This document shows, piece by piece, positions 9,832-19,155 of a stretch of 64,000 bases of DNA. The position numbers and the translations under genes are program-made. The DNA lies in contig CAWJWJ010000002.1 in the NCBI GenBank assembly GCA_963846575.1, positions 1,568,001 through 1,632,000 of the forward strand. The letters run 5' to 3'. How positions within the stretch are numbered: the first letter of the stretch is position 1; the number at the start of each line of letters is the position of its first letter. Source of the stretch: an uncultured Nitrospiraceae bacterium (GTDB lineage: Bacteria; Nitrospirota; Nitrospiria; Nitrospirales; Nitrospiraceae). The notes under the pieces are model-generated. The model searched no databases and had not been told where the DNA came from. It saw only the letters and a list, made by a program, of their open reading frames with translations.

Positions 9832-10330
9832 CATGGTCCCGAATACCGCACCCCTGACTCGAGATGAGCGTTTTAGCCATTTGGCAGTGAATTGCCACTT
9901 TTGAGTCATGGACCACCCTTTTACCAATCTAGAGTCCAAAGGCATAGAATCCGTCTTGCTCGCTGTTCCCAGAGTATTAGAAACAAGGCTGAAGGTAGCT
10001 CCGGTCCTCTTTCCGTAGCCTTCTCATCTGGCTCCGTCGACTAGTTCAGCGAAACCGTACAGGGAAGCGTCAATGCCGGCAAAGGCAGCCAGGCCGGTTA
10101 CCGTGCTCCGTTGCTTGATGTTGTCCGGTCTCGTCCCGCCATACACCCGTTTGAGAGACCTTCTACAAGGGATTCACCCAGTGGTTTTTGTCTTGTTTTC
10201 ACGTACCCTCATACAACACAAGTGAGAGATTCATCTGGATCTCCGTAGCCGTCACAACGGATGCGCTTTGCCAAGGTCGGTGACCTGCTCCTCAATCCTG
10301 GTTTAATGTATCAGCCTGACGGCGGATGCA

Positions 10331-10509
10331 ATGGCTGGATACAGGTAACGGCGCTCAAGAAACGGGTAAAATAGGCCCTTGAAAAGCGGAAGAGGTAAAA
10401 AAAAATTATGAGCCGCGAGCAAGCCGCTGCAATTGGTCTTTCCGACGCATGCAGGAAGGCGATTAAAGTGCCTTCGAAGATCCTGAATCAATGCCAAACA
10501 AACCCGTGA
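10331..10509 (+). pseudogene. Degraded DUF6496-like small basic protein gene
   Basis: Pieces across frames read MAGY..GAQ / KRVK*ALEKRKR / LKSGRGKK / SREQAAAIGLSDACRKAIKVP, matching the family pattern LKSGR..KKV.SRKQAIAIGLSEAR..G.KVP; stops and frameshifts present. Confidence 0.55.
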
Positions 10510-10810
10510 CGTGAGAGATGACGGCCAATCCACATGGGCCTCTGACTACAGTGAGCTTTACCGACAATTTCTGCATGCAGCCCGCCTCCGCGACAAAAGC
10601 AACGACTGCGTCTCGGTACTGCCGACTATGCGTTCATACACCGTAGTCCTTCAGGTCGAATATGAAGATTGGATTCCTCCATACAGAGATCCCCACAAAA
10701 AAGACATATCGGGAATGCATCACGTTAGATAGAATGAGCGACCTAATATTTTGAATCGCTCAGATTCGTCGCGGTGGTCCTGAGAGTTGTATCCCGAAAG
10801 GAAACAAAGC

Positions 10811-12970
10811 ATGAACGGAAAAGTGATTAAACAGTGGCCTGGTTCTCCTTATCCTCTGGGCGCGACCTGGGACGGCAGAGGCGTTAATTTTGCTCTCTTT
10901 TCGGAACATGCGACGGGGGTCGACCTTTGCCTGTTCGACTCGGCCGAGGCGGAGAAGGAGTCAGAGCGAATTCGTTTTACCGAGTATACGGATCACGTGT
11001 GGCATGCGTATCTACCGGAAGTCTTACCGGGCCAACTCTACGGTTATCGGGTTCACGGGCCTTACGAGCCAAGCCAGGGACACAGGTTCAATCCGAACAA
11101 GGTACTCCTAGACCCCTACGCCAAAGGTATCGGACGCGATGTGAAATGGGCCGACGAGGTATTTGCCTATCGCGTAGGCGATCCCGAGGCGGATCTAGCC
11201 TTCGATGACCGTGACAGTGCGGCCTACGCGCCCCTTGCTAAGGTCATTGATCCGTCCTTCACCTGGGGTAATGATCGCCCCCCCAGGACTCCCTGGCACA
11301 AAACCATCGTGTATGAGCTTCATGTGAAAGGGTTTACGCGCCTGCATCCGGACCTCCCGGAAGAGCTTCGTGGAACCTATGCCGGCCTCGCCTCGGAGAG
11401 CGTGATTAAACACCTGACGGACCTGGGCGTCACCGCCGTGGAACTCGAGCCTGTCCATTATTTTCTGAACGATCGCCATCTGCTGGAGCGTCAACTGTCA
11501 AACTACTGGGGGTATAACACACTGAGCTATTTTGCCCCTGCCCATCGATATGCTGCCGGACACATTCAGCAGGATGCCGTACAACAGTTCAAGATGATGG
11601 TCGCGGCCATGCATGAAGCAGGGATCGAAGTCATTCTGGACGTGGTTTACAACCACACGGCTGAGGGGAATCAATTGGGACCGACCTTGTCGATGCGTGG
11701 TATCGACAACGTGGCCTATTACAAGCTGACGGAAGCGGATCTTCGTTACTATATGGATTATACCGGCACCGGCAACTCTCTGAATGTCCGGCATCCGCGT
11801 GTTCTCCAGCTCATCATGGACAGCCTGAGATACTGGGTCACGGAGATGCATGTAGATGGCTTCCGGTTTGACCTGGCCAGCACCTTGGCACGTGAACTCT
11901 ACGAGGTCGATCGACTCGGCGCCTTCTTCGACATTATTCACCAGGATCCTATCCTCTGTCAGACAAAGTTGATCGCCGAGCCATGGGATGTCGGATCAGG
12001 CGGCTACCAGGTCGGAAACTTTCCTGTCTTGTGGAGTGAATGGAATGGTATTTACCGGGATAATGTGCGCCGCTTCTGGAAAGGAGATCTGGGCCTCCTG
12101 CCGGACTTTAGCGCGCGATTGAGCGGGAGTAGTGATCTATACAAGGACGATGGTCGAAAACCATATGCCAGCATTAACTTCATCACTTGCCATGACGGCT
12201 TCACCCTGCACGACCTCGTCAGCTACAACGAAAAACACAATGAGGCGAATGGGGAGAACAATCAGGATGGCGCCAATGACAATAACAGCTGGAATTGCGG
12301 CACTGAAGGGCCGACCGATGATCAGAACATCGCAGCACTACGAGGGCAGCAGAAGCGAAACTTTATGACCACCTTGCTGCTCTCCGCCGGCGTGCCGATG
12401 ATCTTAAGCGGGGATGAATTCTGCCACACCCAACAGGGCAACAATAACACCTACTGTCAGGACAACGAACTCACTTGGCTGGACTGGAATATCACCGAGG
12501 AGCAGCGCGCGTTTTGCGCATTTGTCCGCTCGGTTATTCAGATTCGAAAAACACAACCGGTCTTTCAGCGTCGAAAATTTTTCCAGGGGCGCTCTGTCGA
12601 AGGGACCGACGTCGCAGACATTCACTGGTATCAGCCATCCGGCGAGGAAATGTCGGACGAAGCATGGAACACGGGATACGGACAGTGCCTGGGAGTTCGT
12701 TTGCCAGGCGATCTCATCGGCGACGTGAACGAACGGGGTGAGCCCATTACCGGCGACTCTATTGTGCTGCTTGTTAACGCCCATCACGAAGCCATTCCCT
12801 TCGTCCTGCCTTCTCCTAACGGCGGATCCGAGTGGGAACGTTTAGTGGATACGGCCGACGCGGGCGCCGGACCCGTCGAATTTGCAGGAGGCAAACAATA
12901 CGATCTCAAAGGACGATCGATGGTCGTGCTCAGGTCCCGGAGGGCTCAGTCGACGGAAAAACCCACTTAG
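10811..12970 (+). CDS. glgX: Glycogen debranching enzyme (isoamylase, GH13)
   Basis: [60 protein letters not shown] and [13 protein letters not shown] motifs. Confidence 0.97.
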   Translation: MNGKVIKQWPGSPYPLGATWDGRGVNFALFSEHATGVDLCLFDSAEAEKESERIRFTEYTDHVWHAYLPEVLPGQLYGYRVHGPYEPSQGHRFNPNKVLLDPYAKGIGRDVKWADEVFAYRVGDPEADLAFDDRDSAAYAPLAKVIDPSFTWGNDRPPRTPWHKTIVYELHVKGFTRLHPDLPEELRGTYAGLASESVIKHLTDLGVTAVELEPVHYFLNDRHLLERQLSNYWGYNTLSYFAPAHRYAAGHIQQDAVQQFKMMVAAMHEAGIEVILDVVYNHTAEGNQLGPTLSMRGIDNVAYYKLTEADLRYYMDYTGTGNSLNVRHPRVLQLIMDSLRYWVTEMHVDGFRFDLASTLARELYEVDRLGAFFDIIHQDPILCQTKLIAEPWDVGSGGYQVGNFPVLWSEWNGIYRDNVRRFWKGDLGLLPDFSARLSGSSDLYKDDGRKPYASINFITCHDGFTLHDLVSYNEKHNEANGENNQDGANDNNSWNCGTEGPTDDQNIAALRGQQKRNFMTTLLLSAGVPMILSGDEFCHTQQGNNNTYCQDNELTWLDWNITEEQRAFCAFVRSVIQIRKTQPVFQRRKFFQGRSVEGTDVADIHWYQPSGEEMSDEAWNTGYGQCLGVRLPGDLIGDVNERGEPITGDSIVLLVNAHHEAIPFVLPSPNGGSEWERLVDTADAGAGPVEFAGGKQYDLKGRSMVVLRSRRAQSTEKPT

Positions 12971-13061
12971 GTAACGGCCGACCGAGGACTTTCGCCAAGC
13001 GATTCACAGGTCGTTAGGTGACTCCACCTTCTCTCGCCGCGGTCTGGTGGTTATTCGGGGC

Positions 13062-13096
13062 GACGGCCTCCTGTCTGTCCGCGACAGGAGGCCGTC
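13062..13096. terminator. Hairpin between convergent glgX and SRPBCC genes (possibly bidirectional terminator)
   Basis: GACGGCCTCCTGTC-7 nt-GACAGGAGGCCGTC, a perfect 14-bp stem. Confidence 0.7.
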
Positions 13097-13105
13097 CTCT
13101 CGGGG

Positions 13106-13561
13106 TTAAGGTCTTTTTACTTCGCCCCTCCACTCGCCGCTCTCCCGCCCTCGTGCCTCAATAAACTCTCGAAAGCGCTCCAAGTCCCCCGCCACGCGCA
13201 TCGATATCGCACCCACCGCATCCCCGAGGGTCTCAATAGCTCCTTCCGGCTCATAGTCCATTTGCAGCATGATTTTGCTTTTCTGATCGGACAACCGGTG
13301 GAACGTGACGACACCAGCGTTCGGTGCTCCGTCGGTGCTTTTCCAGGCTATCCGTTCATCAGGCAGCTGTTCCGTGATAACCGCATTCCAGTGTTTCTCT
13401 TTGCCTGCAATCTGGGCTTCCCAATGCAAATGCATATTGTCCAATTGCCTCACCTTCTTGACGCCCTCCATGAATTTCGGGAAATCCTCGAACTGTGTCC
13501 ATTGGTTGTAGGCGGTCCGAACAGGAACATTAACTTCGATAGACTTTTCGATGGTCGGCAT
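13106..13561 (-). CDS. SRPBCC/polyketide cyclase family protein
   Basis: IEKSIEVNVPVRTAYNQWTQFEDFPKFMEGV, ITEQ.PDERIAW and GDLERFREFIE.RG.ESG.WRG; AGGAGG RBS. Confidence 0.92.
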   Translation of the reverse strand: MPTIEKSIEVNVPVRTAYNQWTQFEDFPKFMEGVKKVRQLDNMHLHWEAQIAGKEKHWNAVITEQLPDERIAWKSTDGAPNAGVVTFHRLSDQKSKIMLQMDYEPEGAIETLGDAVGAISMRVAGDLERFREFIEARGRESGEWRGEVKRP

Positions 13562-13616
13562 GACTTCCTCCTTGTGTGGTTGCTGGGACTATCGCGGACT
13601 CGCATAGATACTTCTC

Positions 13617-13632
13617 AGCAAGAGTGAGGCCG
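13617..13632 (-). promoter_or_regulatory. Sigma54 promoter for the SRPBCC gene
   Basis: Minus strand CGGCCTCACTCTTGCT (GG-N10-GC, TTGCT), 55 bp upstream of the start. Confidence 0.55.
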
Positions 13633-14250
13633 ACCGCAAAGCCAGGGTTTCGACGTTCGGTACAGCTGATGTTAGGATTGATAGTCCATATATTCAATGT
13701 GTTACAAGCATCGGTCATTCCGGTGAAGAAATTCATGGGAGAGGTGAAAGGACAAAAAGCAGCTGTCCGGACAGACTGTCTCTCTACGCTGGAAAGAGGC
13801 GTATGCATGAAATGACACGAGGGTGGGGCGAGTGAGTTGCCGCTCTCTGAGTCGGTTGGGAGTGAGGTAATTAACGGGAAGTGAGTGAGTGTGTTATCGA
13901 TAAATTCAGAACGCATCTGTGCATAACTACGCTGGCAATTGCAGCACATTTCGGAGAGTGTACTACGTAGTAGATTATAGGATAGGCAGACCAGGCCGGG
14001 TGAGCTGGTTAGGCCCTATAGAACGACCAAAGAGTCAAGCCGCAAGATATGGGGTGTCAGAATTGAGTCGGCTCAATGCCCAAAAAATGGGCAGTATGGT
14101 AGGCGGCGCGTCTCTAGCACCTGTCAGAGCCTTCGCCGTGCGTTATCAACAGACTTATCCACAAAAATTGTGAACCGCGTAATGTGTTCATTATTGGAAC
14201 GTCAGGGAGGGCTAGGGGCAGCTTCCGGGTTGTCAGATTGACGTCTGGGA

Positions 14251-14934
14251 TCACTTGGTACCCGAACCGACGTCGTCCCGGGGTAAGGTCACCACGATCC
14301 GGCAAGGAGTCGAACTCAAGACATAGGTACCTCCTCGTGCTTCAATGTACTCGCTGGTCAAGAGTCCAAGTGAAGCGGGTGGTTCGTCGTCGCTCGCCAC
14401 AGACACCTTCAGAATAGTCATTTCAACAGTTCCTGGGCCTTCAAGGAGTGTCACCATCCACGCCGCCGATCGATTCAAACCAGAGGCACCAAAGGCCTGT
14501 TCCAATACTCGATACAAGCAGATGGAGGACTGCCGAACGCACTTGATGTCAGGAGGAATCGACCATTTAATCAAGTAGCCATGGTCTTTGGTGAGCCGGT
14601 CCAGGAGCCCCTTTACCGCGATGGGTAATGATAGCTCGACCACTTTTGGGTAGAGACCGAATTCAAGGTCCCGGACCTTCCGTTGGGTCTCGGTAATAGT
14701 CTCCTGTAATGGAGGAATGAGGCTGGCGAGATTCACCGCGTCTCCCGAAAGTTTTTTGAGGAGCATCGCAAGGTGCAATGAAATTAAGGCTAAATTCTGA
14801 CCAATTTGATCATGCAGAGTAAGGGCCACCTCACGTCGCTTCTCTTCGCTCGTCCGCAGCAACGCATGCAGCTCGGACCGCAGGAGGCGACTTTCATCTT
14901 CCTTCATCATGCTCATGTCATCCTTAGCCGGCAT
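14251..14934 (-). CDS. HisKA_3-type histidine-kinase-like protein with degenerate ATPase domain
   Basis: EEKRREVALTLHDQIGQNL H-box, L.P...ELSL..A and LYRVLEQ, but no N-box Asn or DxGxG; no sensor domain. Confidence 0.75.
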   Translation of the reverse strand: MPAKDDMSMMKEDESRLLRSELHALLRTSEEKRREVALTLHDQIGQNLALISLHLAMLLKKLSGDAVNLASLIPPLQETITETQRKVRDLEFGLYPKVVELSLPIAVKGLLDRLTKDHGYLIKWSIPPDIKCVRQSSICLYRVLEQAFGASGLNRSAAWMVTLLEGPGTVEMTILKVSVASDDEPPASLGLLTSEYIEARGGTYVLSSTPCRIVVTLPRDDVGSGTK

Positions 14935-14954
14935 AGCTCAGCCTCTGCATTGCC

Positions 14955-16940
14955 CTAGGCAGAAGCGTCACGATCTTGTATATACGTTGCAAGTAGACGG
15001 TCAAGTGCATCATGGTCGAGTGGTTTGACGAGGTACGCGTCGAACCCGGCGGCCTTCCCGAGGTCCTGATACTCGGCATGTCCATACCCGGAGATCGCGA
15101 TGATGCGGAGAGGACGAATACTCTGACGTTGACGGAGTTGCCGCGCCACCGTAAACCCGTCCATCCCCGGCAGACCAATATCGAGGAGGACCACATGCGG
15201 TTGGAAAGTGGTCGAACGCTCGAGGGCTTCGGTTCCATTCAGGGCGGTCTCTGGCTGATGGCCCGATAGGCTTAACAGCGTGGCAAGTGTCGTGACGAGC
15301 GCAGGATTGTCATCCACGACAAGGATACGCAGGCCGGTCGGTACCTCCTGGGAGGTGGCGGCTGGCGGGAGAGCTTGAGCATCGTCTGGCGGCGATGCCA
15401 GAGGAATCCGCACGACGAATTCGCTCCCTCGTTCCGGCCCGTCGCTTTGTGCGACGATCGATCCATTATGCAGGGCGACGATGCTCCGAACCAAGGTGAG
15501 GCCTATCCCCAGACCACCCTCCGTGCGACTCAGGGATTGGTCGCCTTGCACGAACAGATCGAAAATGTATGGAAGGAGGGTTTCCGGAATTCCGCTCCCC
15601 GTATCCCGAACGGACACCAGCGCATCTTGATGATCCCGCGTCACGCGTAGGGTCACCCGTCCCTGCGGAGCCGTATATTTCCCGGCATTATGGAGAAGAT
15701 TACTGACCACCTGCGCGAATCGGAAGGCATCGGCTTCAACCCATATGGTCTGCGGGGCCACAGTCACTTCAAGATCTATGTCCCGTGAGACGAGAAAGGG
15801 CCTCATGGTGGTGACGGCATGAGACACAATCGTGGATAAGTCCACGCGGCTCGTCGTGAGGCTGATCTTGCCGTGGGTCATGCGGGAGACATCCAGGAGG
15901 TCGTCGATGAGCCGACGCAGATGCCGCAGTTGACCCTCGCCAATGTGACAGGTTTCGGTTGCGATGGAAGGCAGACCGGGGATTTTTTTCAGGACCGCGA
16001 AGGCATTGGCTATCGGCGCCAACGGATTGCGTAACTCATGCGCCAACATGGCCAGATACTCGTCTTTGCGCCGGTTCTCTTCCAATAATCGTTGGGTTTG
16101 TTCCCGCAGAGACTTCTCTAAATTCCGCTGATTCGTCACCTCGTGAAAGACCAGCACGACCCCCTGGATACGTCCCGCCTCATCACGGATCGGCGCCGCG
16201 CCATCGTCGATCGCCACGCTGCTGCCGTTCCTCGAAATGAGCATCGTATGGTTGGCCAGGCCTGTGATGACACCTTCTTGCAAGGTGCGTTGTGCGGGAT
16301 TTCTCACCGGGAGTCCGGTCTCCTCATTCACGATATGGAAAATCGTCTCCAGATCTTGTCCCACAGCGTCCGCCAACGCCCAGCCGGTCAGCACACTGGC
16401 CGTCGGATTCATAAAGACGACGCGCGCGGCCGTATCCGTGGCAATGATGGCATCGCTGATGCTGGAAAGGGTGACATGGAGCCAGCGTTGTTGTTTGGCC
16501 AATTCAGTTTCAGCAGCCCGGCGGAGTTTGATTTCGGTGTTGAGCGCGTCAATCTGCTGTTTCAGGAAGGTGAACTGATTGGCCTCCGAACGGGGGGTCA
16601 GGCGCAAAAGAAGGCCTGTGGGATTGCCATCCTGGGCCGGGGCAAACAGCGCGCCTTCGGATCGAACGTGCCCCTCGTCGCTTCCCAGTGAAGGCAGTTT
16701 GAGTTGTAGCGTTCCGAGTACAAACTGGCGGCTTCTCGCGCAGAGGCCAAGCCATGAATGGATTTCCTCGTCTGATGTGACGACATACCGGGAGAGAGCC
16801 TGCCCCCGTACTTCCTCTGCGCCGCATCCTAGGAGGTCGAGGAAGCGCCGGTTGGCGGCCTGAATGACGCCCTCTCGGGTGACCAACGCGAGTGCTTGGG
16901 GGAATATCTCTGCCCATTGAGAAAACGGCTCCGGTCTCAT
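14955..16940 (-). CDS. Cytoplasmic hybrid sensor histidine kinase (PAS-PAS-HisKA-HATPase-REC)
   Basis: Two PAS-like regions, LAHELRNPL, NLLHNAGKY, DTGSGI, GGLGIGL, and a C-terminal receiver VVDDN...LLDIGLPGMDG...KP. Confidence 0.93.
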   Translation of the reverse strand: MRPEPFSQWAEIFPQALALVTREGVIQAANRRFLDLLGCGAEEVRGQALSRYVVTSDEEIHSWLGLCARSRQFVLGTLQLKLPSLGSDEGHVRSEGALFAPAQDGNPTGLLLRLTPRSEANQFTFLKQQIDALNTEIKLRRAAETELAKQQRWLHVTLSSISDAIIATDTAARVVFMNPTASVLTGWALADAVGQDLETIFHIVNEETGLPVRNPAQRTLQEGVITGLANHTMLISRNGSSVAIDDGAAPIRDEAGRIQGVVLVFHEVTNQRNLEKSLREQTQRLLEENRRKDEYLAMLAHELRNPLAPIANAFAVLKKIPGLPSIATETCHIGEGQLRHLRRLIDDLLDVSRMTHGKISLTTSRVDLSTIVSHAVTTMRPFLVSRDIDLEVTVAPQTIWVEADAFRFAQVVSNLLHNAGKYTAPQGRVTLRVTRDHQDALVSVRDTGSGIPETLLPYIFDLFVQGDQSLSRTEGGLGIGLTLVRSIVALHNGSIVAQSDGPERGSEFVVRIPLASPPDDAQALPPAATSQEVPTGLRILVVDDNPALVTTLATLLSLSGHQPETALNGTEALERSTTFQPHVVLLDIGLPGMDGFTVARQLRQRQSIRPLRIIAISGYGHAEYQDLGKAAGFDAYLVKPLDHDALDRLLATYIQDRDASA

Positions 16941-16947
16941 ATGGCGT

Positions 16948-17475
16948 TCAGCCCTTGTAGTACTCTCGAGCGGTGCCGTCTCCGGTCACAGCGGTAGGTT
17001 TTAGATGCACCACCACGCGACATTCGCCAGCACCTTCCGCAATGGTTTTCTCCAGCACAACCTTGGCATACCCCAGATTCTCGGCGGTAATGCCCCCGAA
17101 TACGTTCGAGGTCATCATGCACAGCGCCTTTTTCCCGATGACCTTATCTCCAAACGGGCAGGCACGATTCCCCAGGACAATCTTGTCCTCATCTTGCTCG
17201 ATGACAAAAAAATCACCTTGAATCCGGCGTTTCAGATCCACCAGGACATCGGACACTTGAGCGGGGTTTAACGAGGACACACCCATGGTGCTTCGGTACA
17301 TGTCGTTGATTTGTTGTCCCATGCGCTGACCGACGACACTCACAAAGCCGGACGCCTCCTGCAATCCCACCACACTGGACAGAGTCCCGGCCAATTCGCT
17401 CAGCAAGGTTCGCAGAAAGACATCCCGTTCGAGCGGAATTTCAGCCATCGGAAGGGGCTTCAATCGTTCAGTCAT
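16948..17475 (-). CDS. Methanogen output domain 1 (MetOD1; V4R-like) protein
   Basis: [50 protein letters not shown]...[25 protein letters not shown]...CRVVV; AGGAGG RBS. Confidence 0.8.
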   Translation of the reverse strand: MTERLKPLPMAEIPLERDVFLRTLLSELAGTLSSVVGLQEASGFVSVVGQRMGQQINDMYRSTMGVSSLNPAQVSDVLVDLKRRIQGDFFVIEQDEDKIVLGNRACPFGDKVIGKKALCMMTSNVFGGITAENLGYAKVVLEKTIAEGAGECRVVVHLKPTAVTGDGTAREYYKG

Positions 17476-17787
17476 ATCGCCTCCTGTGCCCATGAAGGGG
17501 AGCGGTCGATTGTCGGTTCGCGAGCGTAAATTCAATCGGACAGTGCTTGCCACGATCTGAGCACAAGACTGTCCGTCAGCCTTCAGAACGGCTCTGCGGG
17601 GCAGTGTATCGAGACGGTCCGTCTCATAGCAAACGGGAAGTAATAATCGGCTGGGGGCCTTCGTGATTTTTTCAGGCTTGATGGCGGGAGCCGCTTCCGC
17701 ACCTCCTGCCCGCAGAGTCGGTCAATCGGCCACCTGCTGTCACAGAGAGTGCTGGACCGAATTTTCCAATTAGGCTACTATGTGCAC

Positions 17788-18354
17788 ATGCTTGATCCGC
17801 ACGTCGCTTCTGACCATTCTCACAGCGTCCACTTCTATGCTGACGACGCCGACCTCGAACTACATGTCGCAAAGCATATTCAACGGGGGATTGCAGCAGG
17901 CGAGACTGTCCTGACGATCGCGACCAAGGGACATCGGGAGGGGTTTTCGCACCATCTCCGTGCGGCGTTCCCGGATGTGCCCGGCACGATCAACCTCCTA
18001 TCCTCGTATCGCGCCTTAGATGCAGATGCGGTGCTTTCAAGGTTCCTGATCGATTGCCGGCCCGATCGATCACGATTCTTCAGGACGATGGACGACATCT
18101 TATCCGGGCCGATGCGAGAAGGACGGTCCATCCGCGTATACGGAGAGATGGTGACTCGATTGTGGCAGGCCGGGGCGCCGCAGGCCGCCCTAGAACTCGA
18201 AACGCTGTGGAACGAACTGGCGCTGAAGTATACATTCTCGCTGTTGTGCGCCTATCCGCTTCGTGTCTTTACCGACCAGGACAGCCAGCTCTTTTTAGCC
18301 ACTTGCGCCGCCCATTCCCAGTTGTCTCTTCCACAGGCTCCTGCGACTCGCTAG
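17788..18354 (+). CDS. Stand-alone MEDS-domain protein
   Basis: HSVHFY...G...GE....IAT..H, RVYGEMV..LW..G...AALELE.LWNEL....FSLLCAYP. Confidence 0.82.
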   Translation: MLDPHVASDHSHSVHFYADDADLELHVAKHIQRGIAAGETVLTIATKGHREGFSHHLRAAFPDVPGTINLLSSYRALDADAVLSRFLIDCRPDRSRFFRTMDDILSGPMREGRSIRVYGEMVTRLWQAGAPQAALELETLWNELALKYTFSLLCAYPLRVFTDQDSQLFLATCAAHSQLSLPQAPATR

Positions 18355-18358
18355 CGCC

Positions 18359-18943
18359 ATGCCGCACACAGGCATTAGAGGACTAGACACTCTGCCCTGG
18401 GGGACGCATCTCTGCCTGTTCTATAAATCTGGGATCGAACTCCGGCAATTGCTCACCCCTTATTTCCAAACCGGTTTGGCCGACGGAGAAAGTTGTGTGT
18501 GGGTCACCGGTCCTTCATTCACGGAACAGGAAGTCCTCGACTCCGTGCAGCAGATCCATCCACAGGTATCACACCATCTCGAGACCGGACAGTTGGAAAT
18601 ACTCCCCTATACCGCCTGTCATCTGACTACAGGAATCTTTCGCTCGGAGGCGATGCTCGAGTCATGGTCCTCTAAACTTGAACGGGCCATCGATCGAGGA
18701 TTTTCCGGATTGCGTATTGCAGGAGATACATCCTGGTTGACTTCCAGGGAACAGCGACAGGAGTTTCTCGTGTACGAGAAGCGACTGACTCACGCCGCAT
18801 CCGTCCAGCGGTTACTCACGCTGTGTGCCTATCCAAGCTCGGATTGGGCTCCAGACGAGATGCTCACGGTCATGCAATCCCACGGCTCGGTGTTACTTCC
18901 AGGGAAGGCGGGATGGAAAGCGATCGACGTGCGTTGTGGCTGA
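18359..18943 (+). CDS. Stand-alone MEDS-domain protein (PWGTH subtype)
   Basis: TGI.G...LPWGTHLCLFY, YFQTGL..GE.CVWVT, GFSGLRIAGD..WL, F..YE..L and LCAYP. Confidence 0.85.
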   Translation: MPHTGIRGLDTLPWGTHLCLFYKSGIELRQLLTPYFQTGLADGESCVWVTGPSFTEQEVLDSVQQIHPQVSHHLETGQLEILPYTACHLTTGIFRSEAMLESWSSKLERAIDRGFSGLRIAGDTSWLTSREQRQEFLVYEKRLTHAASVQRLLTLCAYPSSDWAPDEMLTVMQSHGSVLLPGKAGWKAIDVRCG

Positions 18944-19155
18944 GTGAGTCGCTACCAGATTTTCCCTAAGCGCTGTATCTCACGGACTCTCCCTGGGCCA
19001 AAGCCCTGGCCTGGGTCTGATATACTTGCAGCAGGCGGCGTGGATAGGGTAGCTTCGACCCTCAATGATCTGCATGTTGCTCTAGGGCGAACTCTTCGCG
19101 CGGATCCATGCTTACTGGTTCTACGTTCAAGCACTGTGCTTTAGGAGATCCACGG

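Noticed and set aside
9882..9897. Palindrome TGGCAGTGAATTGCCA as a sigma54 promoter
   Set aside because: GG-GC spacing is 9, not 10, and no gene lies directly downstream; it may be an operator but is unsupported
13630..13675. GACCGCAAAGCCAGGG resembles part of a c-di-GMP-I riboswitch
   Set aside because: The upstream GGCAAAC/GAAA stem is missing and it is on the wrong strand for the nearby SRPBCC gene
17690..17703. CCGCTTCCGCACC similar to the tRNA-Leu 3' end (possible att repeat)
   Set aside because: Short, needs a mismatch and a gap, is GC-rich, and lies inside the signalling locus rather than at a boundary
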